Source: Geosiphon pyriformis uo1 (taxonomy: Eukaryota; Fungi; Glomeromycota). Taken from it: a stretch of 64,000 bases of DNA. The stretch is from contig JAAOMT010000647.1 in NCBI GenBank assembly GCA_016748015.1, positions 190,880 to 254,879 on the forward strand. The letters are read 5' to 3'. A program made the translations under genes and the position numbers. The notes beneath the pieces are model-generated. The model searched no databases. It was given only the letters and a program-made list of their open reading frames with translations, and had not been told where the DNA came from. Within the stretch, counting starts at the first letter, position 1. Every line of letters starts with the position of its first letter. Shown piece by piece: positions 51,501-64,000 of the stretch.

Positions 51501-54161
51501 GCTCCCATTAACGATAGTTTCTTGTGACAGTTCTTACATTTAAGGAGAATATAGGGGCATTGTTTCCTTGGTTCGGGTTTTGAGTAAGATATATTCCATC
51601 CAGAGGTTTCGGGTTTAGTGTGTGGGGTAAAATATTCTTGTTCTGTTTTATCGGCCCAGTTGGACGTTGATCCAAGAGCCATGAATGTTTCGATTATTGA
51701 TTTTTTTTCTTCTGGTTCAAATTTAAAAGCTGGGACTTTTTCAGAGCATTTGTTGAATATACCACAAATGACAGGTACCCGGGCATGTTGTCCTTGGTAG
51801 GAGATTGTTAACTCTTGTGTTTTCCAATTCAGATTAGCATTGGCTTTTTGAAGCCAATCATTTCTGACAAGAGCTTAGTACTGGGGTGCATCCATTACAA
51901 GAACTTTGACTGGAATGGTGATTCCATCAAGAGTAAACGGAAAATTGTCAATTTCTTCTACTGGAGTCTTTTTCATGCCATCAGCAGTAACGATTACTGT
52001 TTGAGCTGGTCAGTCGACATTTCTTTTCAACTGTTGCATTAACTGGTAGGTGATAATGCTTCCGGCGGATCCACTGTTTAGGATCAAGCGAATTGGCTTT
52101 CCTTCTACTTCAGCTTCTGTGTATATTGCAGTGATGGCTTTTTGCTCATTAGCCACTGCATTGCTAAGCAAGAATGGTGATTCATTTGCTCCAAATTCGA
52201 AAGGAAAGATATCAGAGAGATTGGCGTTTTCAGCAATTCAGGCTGGTGGAATAGTGATGTGGTTATGAGAAGGGTTTTGTTGTTGTTGTGCTGCAGCTCT
52301 ATCTTCCGAGAGTGCAGTATGGTGAAAATCTTGTTCTTCCAGCATTGTTAAATAACTGGGTTGAGTGTGGTAGTAGTTGGGTCTTGGTTGAGTGGTATTT
52401 TGGAGAACCAATTGGTTGTTCAAACTGATTCTACTGTTGTTTACTTGGTATCAGTTTTGTGGTGTAAATTGATTTTGTGTAATCAGTCTTTGAGTAAGTA
52501 CTTGATAATGTTGTGTGGGTGGTTGTTGGTATTGCTGTTGGATTGGTTGTGGGGCGGGCTGATAATAGTTATTTTGGTATTGGGGTCTTGGTGGATAGTA
52601 AGCTAGTGGTGATGGTTAATAATAAGATTGCTGTGGTGGAGAGTAACATTGATTACCCCTATTTTGTTGGTCTCGTTGTAGCTTTCTACAATCTCTTTTT
52701 CAGTGGCCAGAGATTCCACAGTAATGGCAATTCTGAGGCTGGTTATTGGAAAGTGGTGCAAAGTTATTTTGATTTTGTCTTTGGGGTGGTTGATATCTTT
52801 GTTGTTGTTGGTTGATAAAATAGTTTTCGACCTTCTTTGTGAGTTGGTCAATTTTTTTCTCAGCTGCTGAGCTGGTTTCTCCAATTGCCAAATTTACAAG
52901 TTTTGTATGATTGGTCTCTTTCATGGCCATTTTGTATCTTTTCGCATGCTGTATGACAGAGTTTAAATCTTCTGGCGCGTGTGGGTGAACTTTTTTAATT
53001 AGTTTATCTTTTAGACCAGCGATAAATTGATCCAAAATTTGAGCATCAGAATAATAATCGTTTGTCTCGAGTTGGCAAATCCATCTGAGAAGTTTGTTGA
53101 ATTTTCCAATATAAGTTATAACAGATTCGGAGGGTTCTTGTTTGATATTTCGAAAACAATTACAAAGAGTAATAGAGGTATTATTGTCAGTGAACTGTTC
53201 AAGGAAGGCTGCTTTGAAAGCATTCCAATCATTGAATGGGGCAGCCAGGGTTTCAAACCATTTTTCTGCTGTTCCTTTGAGAAAGTATGGAATTGTTCTT
53301 AACATTCTGGTGGCATTCCATCCATTTGCATCTCCGGCTTTAGTAACTTGGTTGAGCCATTCTTGAGGACTGGTCTCAATGTCTTCTCCATTAAAATCAG
53401 GGATTTTTGTGATGTATGTTGTTATTTCATCTTCTTCGTTTTCACTGTCTATTGATTCTTCTTCAGTTATTTCAGAGTTGTTTTTTTTGTTTGCTGCTGT
53501 CTCAGAGTGTTCACTTTGATTTTCAGCTAGAAAATCAAGGAGATTGGAACTAGTTTGAAGGGGTTTTTGTTGTCTGGTGGGACTTCTGAGTGATGTAAAA
53601 TCTTCTGGTCTTGCAAATCAATTCAAAGGTGAATTAGGTGTTTGTGCTTATGCAAGTAAAGCTGGAAAAGGTGTGATAGTAAGTGGAAGTTTTGAGCTGG
53701 TTCCTTGTTCAGGTGTTTGTAGATGTTTGAATGATTTTTTGGGAGTATTGGGTGTTGTGTGAACAGGTCGGTTATCTTTTTGTCTTTTGTTGCTACTGGT
53801 TTCAGGTTCAGATTCGAGTTCAAAGGCAAATTGTGCATTTGCAGAATATTTTTCTTTACAGAATCAAATGATATTATAATTGAGTTCCTCAAAATAAGTA
53901 GTGCAAGCTTCAGCACTAATGTTTTCTAATTCAGTGTTGGAATAGTGTAGTATGTTCTCAAGAAAATTTCTTTTAACTGTTGTAATGTTATAGTTCCTAA
54001 AGAGGTAGTTGTTGATTCAATTTTCGATGTATTAAAAAAGTGTTTTCTTAAAAGCTATGATTCCATCACATATTTCAAATTGTTGTTTACAGTGTGTATA
54101 AATCGATTGATAGTACTCTAAAGTTGTAATGTCTGGGGCGGTCACCACTTTGAATTTGTTG
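48545..54161 (-). pseudogene. Element H ORF1 gag-PR-Cys-rich-dUTPase-RT-RNaseH
   Basis: Capsid 52700-53305 ending in knuckle CHYCGISGH; protease LILNSGSAG; dUTPase DTGYDLR..RGTQGFGSTG (50384-50790); RT YLDD ~49345; RH ATNAS..GAIL. Confidence 0.92.
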
Positions 54162-54190
54162 CTGTGTTATTTCCATGGGAGAGCACCAAA

Positions 54191-55175
54191 TGTTACTGGA
54201 GGTTTTTGGTCTCTTTTCTGTAATGTTGTTGATACTTATTTGCTGTGAATTCACGTTTTCTGGATGTGGTTGAACCTCCAGTAACTGAATTTTTAACTTC
54301 AAATTATCTCCTATAATTTGAACTTGCTGGGCTTATAAGTGGAATGGCCAATTCTGTGCCAGTTGCTTTATATAGTTACATTGTAGTAAATGTCAACTCT
54401 TTCCCAGGAATTGCTCGTCTGGGAGCTCACTAAAAATGTATAGTTACTTTGCTGTGAAAGTCAACTCTTCTACAGGAATCTCGTCTGTAGGCTACCCTAA
54501 TGATTGTAATAAGAAAAGAAAAGAAAAATAAAAGAAATGTAAAAAAAATAGGATTTTATCAAGAGAAACGTTTTCTATCCAGGCCTGGAGTTACTAACAG
54601 TCTACTGAAATTGGTAGCTAATCAATTTCGAAATGTTAGTTGGGTTTTTGGGGATTTTCTAAGTACAATAATTAAAGAATTTGGTTTTTCAAATTATTTG
54701 ATATTTATTTCTTTTTGTGTATATAGGAACGTTTTTAAGAGATAAATCTAAAGTAAGATACATTTTCTCGAAAAGAGAAGCTCTTCTTTTATACAACTTG
54801 TCATAACACTATTCTATGAACTTGAACTTTTGCTATTTTCTACAATTTCACTGAACTAAAGATACATTTTGGCAAACTACAAGTTATTTCTGCAAACTAT
54901 TAGATATTTTGGTGAACTATCAATTATTTTGGCGAATTTCTATAAATTTCGGCAAACTTTTGAATGTTACATAGTTCAGGGTATTGCATGATTAATCATT
55001 GCAATTAGGTTACATTTGTGTTGTGTACAATTTGGGTTATTAATTAAATGATAATTTCAGACATTCTTTGCTAATGTAATAAGTGATAATTTGAAACGAT
55101 AATATATGCTAATTAATGATAGGAATTATAAGATAGTTTCATGCTAAATGATATCTCTAATTTTGTCTGGTAACA
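54191..55175 (-). repeat. 5' LTR of element H
   Basis: Followed by the PBS on the minus strand. Confidence 0.93.
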
Positions 55176-55914
55176 TCAGCAAGACAGAACTAAAATTTTT
55201 GGGACACATAGTCAGTAAAGATGGCATCAGAGAAAATAGAGATAGTAAAGAACTTTTCAGTGCTGACCAATATAACAGAACTGAAATCATTCTTGGGATT
55301 CACCAGCTACTATCATTGTTTTATCAAGAACTTTTCCAAGATAGCGCAGCCACTTAACCAACTGCAAAACAAAAATACGAAATATGAATGAACAGAAAGT
55401 CAACAAGAAGCTTTTAATATTCTGAGGAAAAAACTCATTCAAGCTCCAGTACTAATTTATTCAGATTACAGCAAACCATTCATCATCACCACTGATGCAT
55501 CTGGCCAAGCATTGGAAGCAGTATTATCTCAGAGAGGACCAGATGGTAGAGAACATCCAGTAGCATATGCCAGCAGAGGTTTAACACCAGCCGAAAAGAA
55601 CTATGGAACACCAGAAAAAGAACACTTAGCAATATACTGGTCAGTCATGAAATAGAAAGAATATTTGAGCCAGAAGTTTGAGGTGTACACAGATCACAAA
55701 GAATTAACATCACTTCAAAAACAAGAATTTGGAGATGGAAGACAGTCAAGATGGAAAATGACACTTGCACCATACAATTATACTATACATTACAAAAAAG
55801 GAAAAGACAATGGAAATGCTGATGGTTTATTGCAAATAAGACAAATCTAAGAACATTTCAACCCAAAAAATATAATAAAACCAGAACAATACCAATGGAA
55901 AAATACAACAAAAG

Positions 55915-57297
55915 ATGAACATACAAAAATATCAACAATTGCAACATTATCTAAACACTTAACAGTTCAAGGAGAATTTATCTCAAATGGAATGAAAAAG
56001 TATCAAACAACAATCAAAATATTTTATAACTCACCAAAATATACTTTATTGGAAAAATAGGAGGGATTCAGATCAACCAACCAGAGTAATTACAGAGTCA
56101 GAAAAAGAGACAATATTATTCAACATGCACTCAAATCCAACAGCAGGACATTTTTACAAAGAAGCAACCATGAAAAGAACCAGAAAAAGATACTATTGGT
56201 CATCAATGTATCCAGACATCATTTAATATGTTCAAAATTGTAATGCTTGTCAGTGAAGAGAAGGAACAAGACCCAGTGAACCATTAAGACCAATCAAAGT
56301 GGGACAACTATTTGACCATATTGGAATTGATTTAGTCAGACCATTAACAATCACCAGCAGAGGAAACAGATACATAGTGATAGCCATGGACTATCTCACT
56401 AAATGGCCAGAGACAAAAGCAATTCAAAGAGTGGATGCAGAATCCATTGCTGAATTCGTTCATCAGGATTTGATTTGTTGACATGGATGTTCAAAAGAAT
56501 TATTATCAGACCAAGGAACTCATTTTGTGAACAAAACATTAACAGAATTAAGCCAAAGATTCGAAATCAAGAGACTATTATCATCACCATACCATCCACA
56601 AACTAACAGATTAGTAGAAAGATTCAATAGAACACTGTGTAAAGCAATAGCTAAGCTCAGCCAAGAAAACCAGAACGATTGGAATTTGTTTATACCATCA
56701 GTACTCTTTGCTTATCGGACAATGAAACAAGATACTACACAAGCAACAACATTTGAATTAGTATATGAGAGAATGGCAACATTACCAGTAGAGAGAGAAA
56801 TTAATACATATCCAGTTGAACCAATAACAGAAGAAAATTTTCAAAAAACATTGCTGAGAAGAACATATAACTTAATGGAAACATTGGAAAACAAACAAAG
56901 AAGAGCAGCTGATAATATTCAAAAGTCACAAGAAAAACAGAAAGAAAGACACAATAGTCAACTATCTGACAAACCAGTTAAATTCAAGATTGGAGACAAA
57001 ATATTACTACATCATACCAAAGTGGAAAAACAATGGAGTGGAAAATTCGACCCCAAATGGGACGGACCATTTCACATAGAAGAAATTCTAGAAAATGGAG
57101 CTTACAAATTAAGATTGGATAACAAAATTTTAATTAAAGCAGCACATGGAGATCAACTGAAGCCATATCACAATATTACACTACTATCTACCAGTAATAT
57201 TCCACAATTAGGAGTACAGAGAATACTAGTATAACCAGATGAAATTCCACGAGATCTGGAACCAATTGTTATTATCAACAACAACAGGTTAAATTGA
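55915..57297 (+). pseudogene. Element F ORF2 integrase
   Basis: ATG at 55915. HHCC, GIDLV, SDQGTHF, VERFN, KWDGPFHI. Length 1383 nt. Confidence 0.92.
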
Positions 57298-57321
57298 TCA
57301 ATCAAAAGAATATATAAAGAC

Positions 57322-57981
57322 ATGATAGACGCGACAGGAAATATCAGAAAAATGAAAATTACAGACAACATTTACACACTAGCACAACAACTCTTTCAAT
57401 TAATCCAACATCAGGAAATGGTGATTACAATTAATCAACAAATCATTCAATATCAAGATACTAAAAAGACATTGCAACTCAAAACACTGAAGAAAACTGA
57501 AAATACGGTGGACAAAATCATGGCAAAAGTAAAATTAGCAATAAAAGAATCGACAAAAGAGTCACTATATCAAGAGTTGACTAAAGAAACTTGGAATTGG
57601 TGAATACAACAATTTCCACAAAACTATTGTTATTTTTACTTGGGACAACATGTAAATATCCAGAATCTATATACGGATAAAACAAAGCGATTATTCGACA
57701 AAAGAATACTACAACAATTAGAACATTTTTTGGGAAAGAACAACTTATCCACATAAGCCCGAACCATATACTCAATACACATAGCATTTCAGAATAAACC
57801 AGAAATATTGCTCAACAGAGCAATGGATATGGTTACCAGTAATCAATTGGAAAAAATCACCAATGCTCAATTTGAAGAATTACAGACCCAAATAACACAA
57901 ATAATTCTCGAAAACAAAATCCAGAAAATACTTCAAGAGAGGGAATTACATGAATTGGATTTTGATGGAGCTCAATATTAA
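57322..57981 (+). pseudogene. Element F ORF3, unknown 219-aa protein
   Basis: ATG at 57322 to TAA overlapping the PPT. Two internal stops explained by TGG>TGA and CAA>TAA. Confidence 0.78.
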
Positions 57982-57994
57982 AAGGAGGGAATAA

Positions 57995-58822
57995 TGTTAT
58001 TCATAGAAATATAGAAAATATATTAGCATAATTATTAGCCAATCAGAAGTAAGTGTAGTAAATGTGGAATTCCAGGAATCCTTTCAGAAATTGCAAGATT
58101 CTAGGAATTTCAGGATTCCCAATGAGGAATTGCAGGATTCCAGAATTCTAGGATTCCTGTCGTGAAGAATTGGGGAATTGAAGAATCCCAATTATGTATA
58201 TATAGTGGTAGTATTAGAAACAAAAAAGACAGAATCAATACCACAGAATTCTTAGCCAAGAAACAAAATTATCAAATAAATAATTATTTCATATCTCAAT
58301 TCACTCTTCACTATCAACACTTCATGTTGATAGTAATTGATACTTAACTATGCTGGAACAATAGCTCTTGATCACGGCTATTGACAGAATACTAATCTGC
58401 CAAACTGCCTGGGCTTATTTCTTTTCTTTCTTTATTTTCTTGTATTTTCTTTTCTTTATTTTATTTGATTTGATTGTTGTGTATACTAATTGATTAAAAG
58501 ATTAAGCACTGAGTTATTAACATTAAGGATAGCCTGGTAAAAGACCCAGAAATAAGGGTAGGATTTTATATATTATCAGATAGCTTATCAGCAGGGCACA
58601 ACTGCCAGACTAAATCTGGCCACCATGCTGAAAAAGAAATTGGGAAAACAACTTAAGAATACAACTACTATTAACCTTATTGAATCTCTGTTCATTATAC
58701 AAAGGACTCAACCAAAACCTTCAGATAACAATACCTTCAGAACATCATCAATGGAACTAGCTTTGAGCACCAAGTTACAGGTTTGTTATTTAATTCAACA
58801 GCCAAAATAATTACCTGTAACA
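57995..58822 (+). repeat. 3' LTR of element F
   Basis: Follows PPT AAAAGGAGGGAATAA; colinear with 39000-39867. Confidence 0.93.
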
Positions 58823-58856
58823 ATGCTAATTAATAGCTAAAATTCTACTGGTAACA

Positions 58857-60847
58857 ACATATAACTTAATAAAGACACTAAAAAACAAATGGTGAAAAGC
58901 AGCTGATAACATTCAAAAGTTACAAGAAAAACAAAAAGAACAACATGATAACCAACTGTCAAATAAACCAGTTGAATTTAAGATTGAAAACAAAGTACTC
59001 TTACATTATACCAAAGCAGAAAAACAATGGAGTAGAAAATTTGACCCCAAATAGGATGAACTATTTCACATAGAAGAAATTCTTGGAAATAGAGCTTATA
59101 AATTAAGATGAGACAACAAAATCTTGGCCAAAGCAGCATATGGTGATCAACTGAAACCATATTATTATATAGTATTATCACCTACCAATAATATTCTACA
59201 ACTAGGAATATAACAAATACTAGTCCAACCAAATGAAATTCCATAAGATCTGGAACCAACCATAATTATTGGACCAAACATATAAAATTGAATAATAAAA
59301 AAAGTATATAAAAACATAGTAAACATGATGAAAAACATCAGAAAAATGGAAATTATTGACAATATTCACTCATTGGCACAACAACTTTTCCAATTGATTT
59401 AACAACAAGAAATGGAAATCACAATCAAACAACAAACCATCAGATACACAAACACCAGAAAAAGACTATGGGATAAAGTACAGAGAAAAACAGAAAACAC
59501 TGTTGACAAAATAATTACAAAAGTGAAATTGGCAATAAAAGCACAACCAAAAATCATCTAATATCAAGAGTTGACTATAAAAACTTGGAATTGGTGAATA
59601 CAACAATTTTCAAGAAACTTTTATTACTTTTACTTAAAACAACACTTGAACATCCAGAGCTTATATATAGATAAAACAAAATAATTATTTAACACAACAA
59701 CATTGCAACAACTGGAACAATTTGTGGGAAAGAATAATTTGATCACACAAGCAAGAGCTATTTATTAGCTACACATTGGATTTCAAGATCAACCAGAAAT
59801 CTTACTTAACACAGAAATGAATACTGTTACTGTTAACCAAATGGGAAAAATAACTAACGCCCAATTTGAAAAATTACAGAACAAGATAACACAAGTAATT
59901 TTCAGAAAAAAAGTTCAAGAAATACTCAAAGACAAAGAATTAAAGTTAGAAGATTTAAGAGATCTTGATGGAGCTTAATATTAAAAGGAGAGAATAATGT
60001 TACTTATAGAATATAGAAAGTATATTAGCATATAAATTAGCCAATCAGAGGTAGATGTAGTAAATGTGGAATTCCAGGATTCTTCTTAAAGGAATTGCAA
60101 GATTCCAGGAATTTCAGAATTTTCATATGAGAAATTACAGGATTCCAGAATTTCAGAATTTCAGAATTTCTTTCAAAAGAATTCCAGAATTTATGGTATA
60201 AAAAATCAAGAAATTGAGAAATTTCAATTATGTATATATAGCAGTAGTGTTAGAAGTAAAAAAGACAGATCTTTCTATTTAGATTTAATTTAAACAATTT
60301 TCTAAATCAATAAAATAATTATTCACTATCTCAAATTCACTTTCTACTATCAACACTTTATGTTAATAGTAATTGATACTTAACTACACTAAAACAATAG
60401 TTCTTAATTATGGCTATTAATAGGATACTAACTTGTTATTGCATTTGCTTATTTTCTTTATCTTTTTTTTTATCTTTTTTTATTTTTCTTCCTTATTGTT
60501 GTGTTTACTAATTGATTGAGGATTAAGTGCTGAATTATTGACATCATAGATAGTCTGGTAAAAAACCCAGAAATAAGGGTAGAATTATATATATATTAAT
60601 GAATAGCTTACTAGAAAAGCATGACTATCAGATTAAACCAGCCACTATGCTGAAAACAAAAATTGGGAAAACTTTTGGAAAACCACAACAAACTACACTA
60701 TCATCAAATTTCTGTTCATTATACAAAGAACTCAACCAAAACCTTCAAATTACAAAACTTTTAGATTATTATCACTGCAAATAGCTATTGAGCACCAAGT
60801 TACAGGTTTGTTATTTATTCTAACACCTGAAATAATTATCTGTAACA
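58857..60847 (+). mobile_element. Family-1 element G, 3' remnant: integrase C-terminus, ORF3 (~59316-59984), PPT, 3' LTR 59998-60847
   Basis: TYNLIKTLKNK..AADNIQK..AYKLR; ORF3 homology; TGTTAC..GTAACA LTR. Confidence 0.88.
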
Positions 60848-61819
60848 ATGTAGAAGTTGAAGGCAAATTCTGTTAATAGTTGGTTGTTGATTAATTCTAA
60901 ATGTTAATAGTAGTATTAAAATAGGAATTTGGCAAATCCAAAATGGTTTGTTCCCTTTCTTTCTGATTCTGTCATTTTGGACTGATTGTTGTTGGTGCTG
61001 GTTCTCTGTAGAATTATATTTTACAGAGAGCACCAAATATTACAGTTGATTATTTGGGGTCTCAAATCAAATAACAAATCCATAACTTGGTACTTAATAG
61101 TGGATATGATTAGTGATATTTGAAGGTTTTGGTATCTGAAGGATTTGGTTAAGTTCTTTGTATAATAGACAGAGATTCAATATTTGTCTTCAATAGTCTT
61201 TCAGAATTGCAATTCTATCAATTTTTTTCTCAGCTTGGTGGCTAACAATCCTTTGATAAGTAATTCTTAATTTCAAGTATTTTACTCTCTTGCTTGGGGT
61301 TTTTTACCAAGCAATCCCTAACATCAATAATTAGTGCTTAATTTTTAATCAATTAGTATACAACAATAAACAGAAAATAAAAAAAAGAAAAGAAAATAAA
61401 AAAATTAAAGTCAAAGCAATTGATATTAGTATTCTGTCAATAGCCATAATCAAGAGCTATTGTTCCAGTATAGTTAAGTATGGGTTACTATTAACATGAA
61501 GTATTGATAGTAAACAATTGGATTAATATAATTAATAAGTATATTTATTAATAGTGTGAATGTATAGATACTAACTAGGAAGTAAAACTCAAATGTCTGT
61601 CTTTTTTGTTTCTAATGTTACCACTATATATACATAATTAAAATTCCTTAATTCTTTAATTCTTTACATCAAGAATCCTGCAATTCTTTATACAAGAATC
61701 CTATAATTCTGGAATTCTGCAATTTCTTTAAAAGAAATCTTGAAATTCCCTATTTACTATGTCTATGTCTAATTGGCTAATTTATATATTAATATAATTT
61801 TTATATTTTATAAATAACA
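60848..61819 (-). mobile_element. Family-1 element I 5' end: LTR 61038-61819, PBS, start of gag (probably the same copy as E)
   Basis: Minus-strand LTR, then TTTGGTGCTCTCTGT, then RTSTNNNQSK..NHFGFAK..FAFNFY. Confidence 0.85.
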
Positions 61820-64000
61820 CCACACAGCAAATACAGCACCTCAGGATAATTTCTGTTATATAATTTTCTTCTAACTGTTATAAATAACTGTTTATATACA
61901 GCTTTTATCAAATACATATACAGATTAGCCGATTTTTTATTAATAAACTCAGTAAGTATGTATAAGTTAGATTGTCAGACCTTTGTAGTAGCAATTTAAT
62001 CTATTTCTCTAATCAAAACACTCAAAACTATATTATAATTAGAACCAGCCTTCTAATGAGCACAACAAATTGACTGGTACAAATTATAAACAAAATAACA
62101 AGTGTTACCAGACACAGCTGTATTTTCAGTCACCAAAAATCATTTTTGAATTCCAATTAATAAAAAAAAAAAAGAAAAAATGGCTTTACCAATTATTATA
62201 TTAGCTTTAATATTACTTAGAACTTCTGAATGTTCTTTAACTTTTACTTACTTAACCAAAATGTTTTTATTCTTAATAAGATTAACCACATGTTTCTTTT
62301 TAATTCAACATTAATTGTAAAAATCAAGCACAGCAAACAAAGCTTTAGACATATACACATTAATTACAAATTGGCTGTCTAAATACAAAACCACAGTACA
62401 TAAAGATGGAACACACTTTAAAACCAAAGCAACAGTCTGTAACTTAGCCAAAGTAGAAAACAAAAATCCATTTACTCTAATCTTAATACTCATGTTTGCA
62501 GCCAAAAAGTAAGCAGCTGCTCTACTTACTATCTTAGCAGAACCAATACACTTTAAAAATCTATTCATATAGACTTTGATAAAATCAGACCAAATTTCCA
62601 GTAAATTACCATGCACATTAGAGAACTTTTTAGATTTCAAAACATCTAACATAAGTAATCCAAAAATTTCAGCAGATTTAACCTTCAAAAAAACATTTTT
62701 TCTCAAAAATCCAAATGTCAGCATAAATCAGCAAGACACAAAGCCTCTTAGATCCAACTTTTTTTACTGCCAAAACATTTTTTAGTTCATTATATTTTTT
62801 TTCTTGTTCAAAAGTCTGTCACTAAATACAACACTAAATCACTTCAAAAAAAATACAGAATTATAATACAAGAGTTGTTCTAAGATGTCAGATATCAGAA
62901 ATCTATCTGGTTTATAAAAATTATTAAGCAAATTGTTTGTTAAAGATAACTCATTTTCCAAAAAAATTTTTACCACTCCAGTCAAGAAATTATTTACTAA
63001 ACTAATACACAACTTGACAAAAAACTGTAAAAGATTCAAAGAAGACCACTTTAGAACCTGCAGATCCAAAAATCTATACTTAAATAGACACTCAAAAATG
63101 CTATAGATATTGGAAAAAAAAACCAATGAAGCCAACTTCTTTTTAGACTGTACTTGCTCAAAAAGTTTTAAATTATACAAAGATAGATGATGCAAAATCT
63201 TACTAAAAAAGTTGTGTAGTAAACCAGTCTTGGCTTTAAGACTTTTTTTAACTATCACATCTTATTTGTAACACATATCTGATAAAACAAAACTAAACTG
63301 CATCTAATAGCTAATTATAAGTTATAGGACAATTAAAACCAAGTAAAAAAATTGTTTATTCATAATAGCCTTCTTTAACACCACATTAGAAAAAAATTTG
63401 ACATTAACATAAGTTTGAATCAAGTTAAGCTTAGAGAGATTTTCAGTAGACAAAAAAATATCCAAGTATCTGTATAACTCACTCCTTTTAGCAATTAAAA
63501 TTGGCAAACTATTAATCAACAATAAAATTGTCTTAACACTTAAATTGATGAAAATAGCCACTGTTTTATTATTATTAATCAAAATATTATTAATATTAAA
63601 AAATTTACTAACAATATTCAAAATATACTGTGTAGAAACTTGACAACTACTAACCCAAATTGTGTCATCAACAAAGACACCAGCAGCTAAAAAAAAATTT
63701 TTTCTTTAACAGTTTTAACTCTGCCAGTCTTTGTTACAAACCTAGTATTAATATAATATCTACATAAGTGTTTATGTCTCTTTACTTTACACAAAAGTAG
63801 ATTATAGAAAATTCTTCAAAGAGACAGAAAAAAAATTTTACTCTGATCTAAACCATTATGTACTCTATAATTATTTGAGAATCCAAAACTTGTTATTATT
63901 TTGTTAATCTGATCCTTATGAATACTGCCAAAAAATCTGATAAACTGACTGCACATTTTAATGTAACACAAACTAGCTCTCAAATAATGCTAACTTACTG
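61820..64000 (-). mobile_element. Decayed non-LTR retrotransposon (LINE) with RT, RNase H and start of a C-terminal Cys domain
   Basis: GLDQ..RIFYNLLLC (~63790-63860), AAGVFVDDTIW (63655-63690), RNase H-like KVYMN..STLAKLQTVAL..YLDSQ (62311-62600), NYPEVLYLLCG at the junction. Confidence 0.8.

Larger units (their letters stand above)
45464..55175 (-). mobile_element. Ty3/Gypsy family-2 element H, full length (~9.7 kb, includes an N gap), inserted in RT of F
   Basis: Very similar LTRs 54191-55175 and 45464-46437. PBS TTTGGTGCTCTCCCATGGAA (54171-54190); PPT GAGGAGGAGG (~46441-46450). Flanks TTGG/TCAG (inferred TSD TCGG). Host FFG|KTELKF is rejoined. Confidence 0.94.
39900..55850 (+). pseudogene. 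Element F ORF1 (segments 39900-45463 and 55180-55850)
   Basis: ORFs starting 40005, 40599, 41031, 41244, 41811, 43530 and 45186 all lie in one frame: gag, protease LILDSGSAG, Cys-rich domain, dUTPase, RT. RH ends ..LLQIRQI* at 55850. Confidence 0.92.
39000..58822 (+). mobile_element. Ty3/Gypsy family-1 element F (about 10.1 kb net), interrupted by H
   Basis: LTRs 39000-39867 and 57995-58822. TSD ATGC at 38996-38999 and 58823-58826. PBS 39868-39886, PPT 57980-57994. Confidence 0.94.
38058..58856 (-). mobile_element. Family-2 solo LTR (segments 38058-38999 and 58823-58856), interrupted by element F
   Basis: Homologous to the H LTRs. TGTTAC at 38058, GTAACA ending 58856. The two flanks do not match (ATAA vs ACAT). 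Confidence 0.85.

Noticed and set aside
57050-57297. Chromodomain at the integrase C-terminus
   Set aside because: Only GPF/SH3-like motifs and a short tail are present; no Y.VKW.G-type signature.

Overview
No host gene is recognisable. The window is a nested stack of degenerate retrotransposons in an AT-rich eukaryotic genome, probably fungal; the proteins remind me of Glomeromycotina/Geosiphon-type repeats (inference, not searched). Two related ~10-kb Ty3/Gypsy LTR families are present: family 1 (copies A, B, C, D, E/I, F, G and one solo LTR) and family 2 (copy H and one hybrid solo LTR). A LINE relic with RT and RNase H lies at the right end. Target-site duplications (TSDs) are 4 bp. They show B (267-31935) inside A; solo LTR 2056-3303, C (7820-17911) and D (20773-30915) inside B; F (39000-58822) inside a family-2 solo LTR (38058-58856); and H (45464-55175) inside F. 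Junction sequences suggest the outer layers LINE > E/I > (A, G). The element architecture is unusual and shared by both families. ORF1 is a long N-terminal extension with no conserved Met, then capsid, Zn knuckle, protease, a novel Cys-rich domain, dUTPase, RT and RNase H, ended by a conserved stop codon. ORF2 is a separate ~460-aa integrase. ORF3 is an unknown, non-env protein next to the PPT. In family 1 a constant 74-nt GT..AG candidate intron spans the LTR end and PBS. All copies are riddled with C>T/G>A nonsense mutations.
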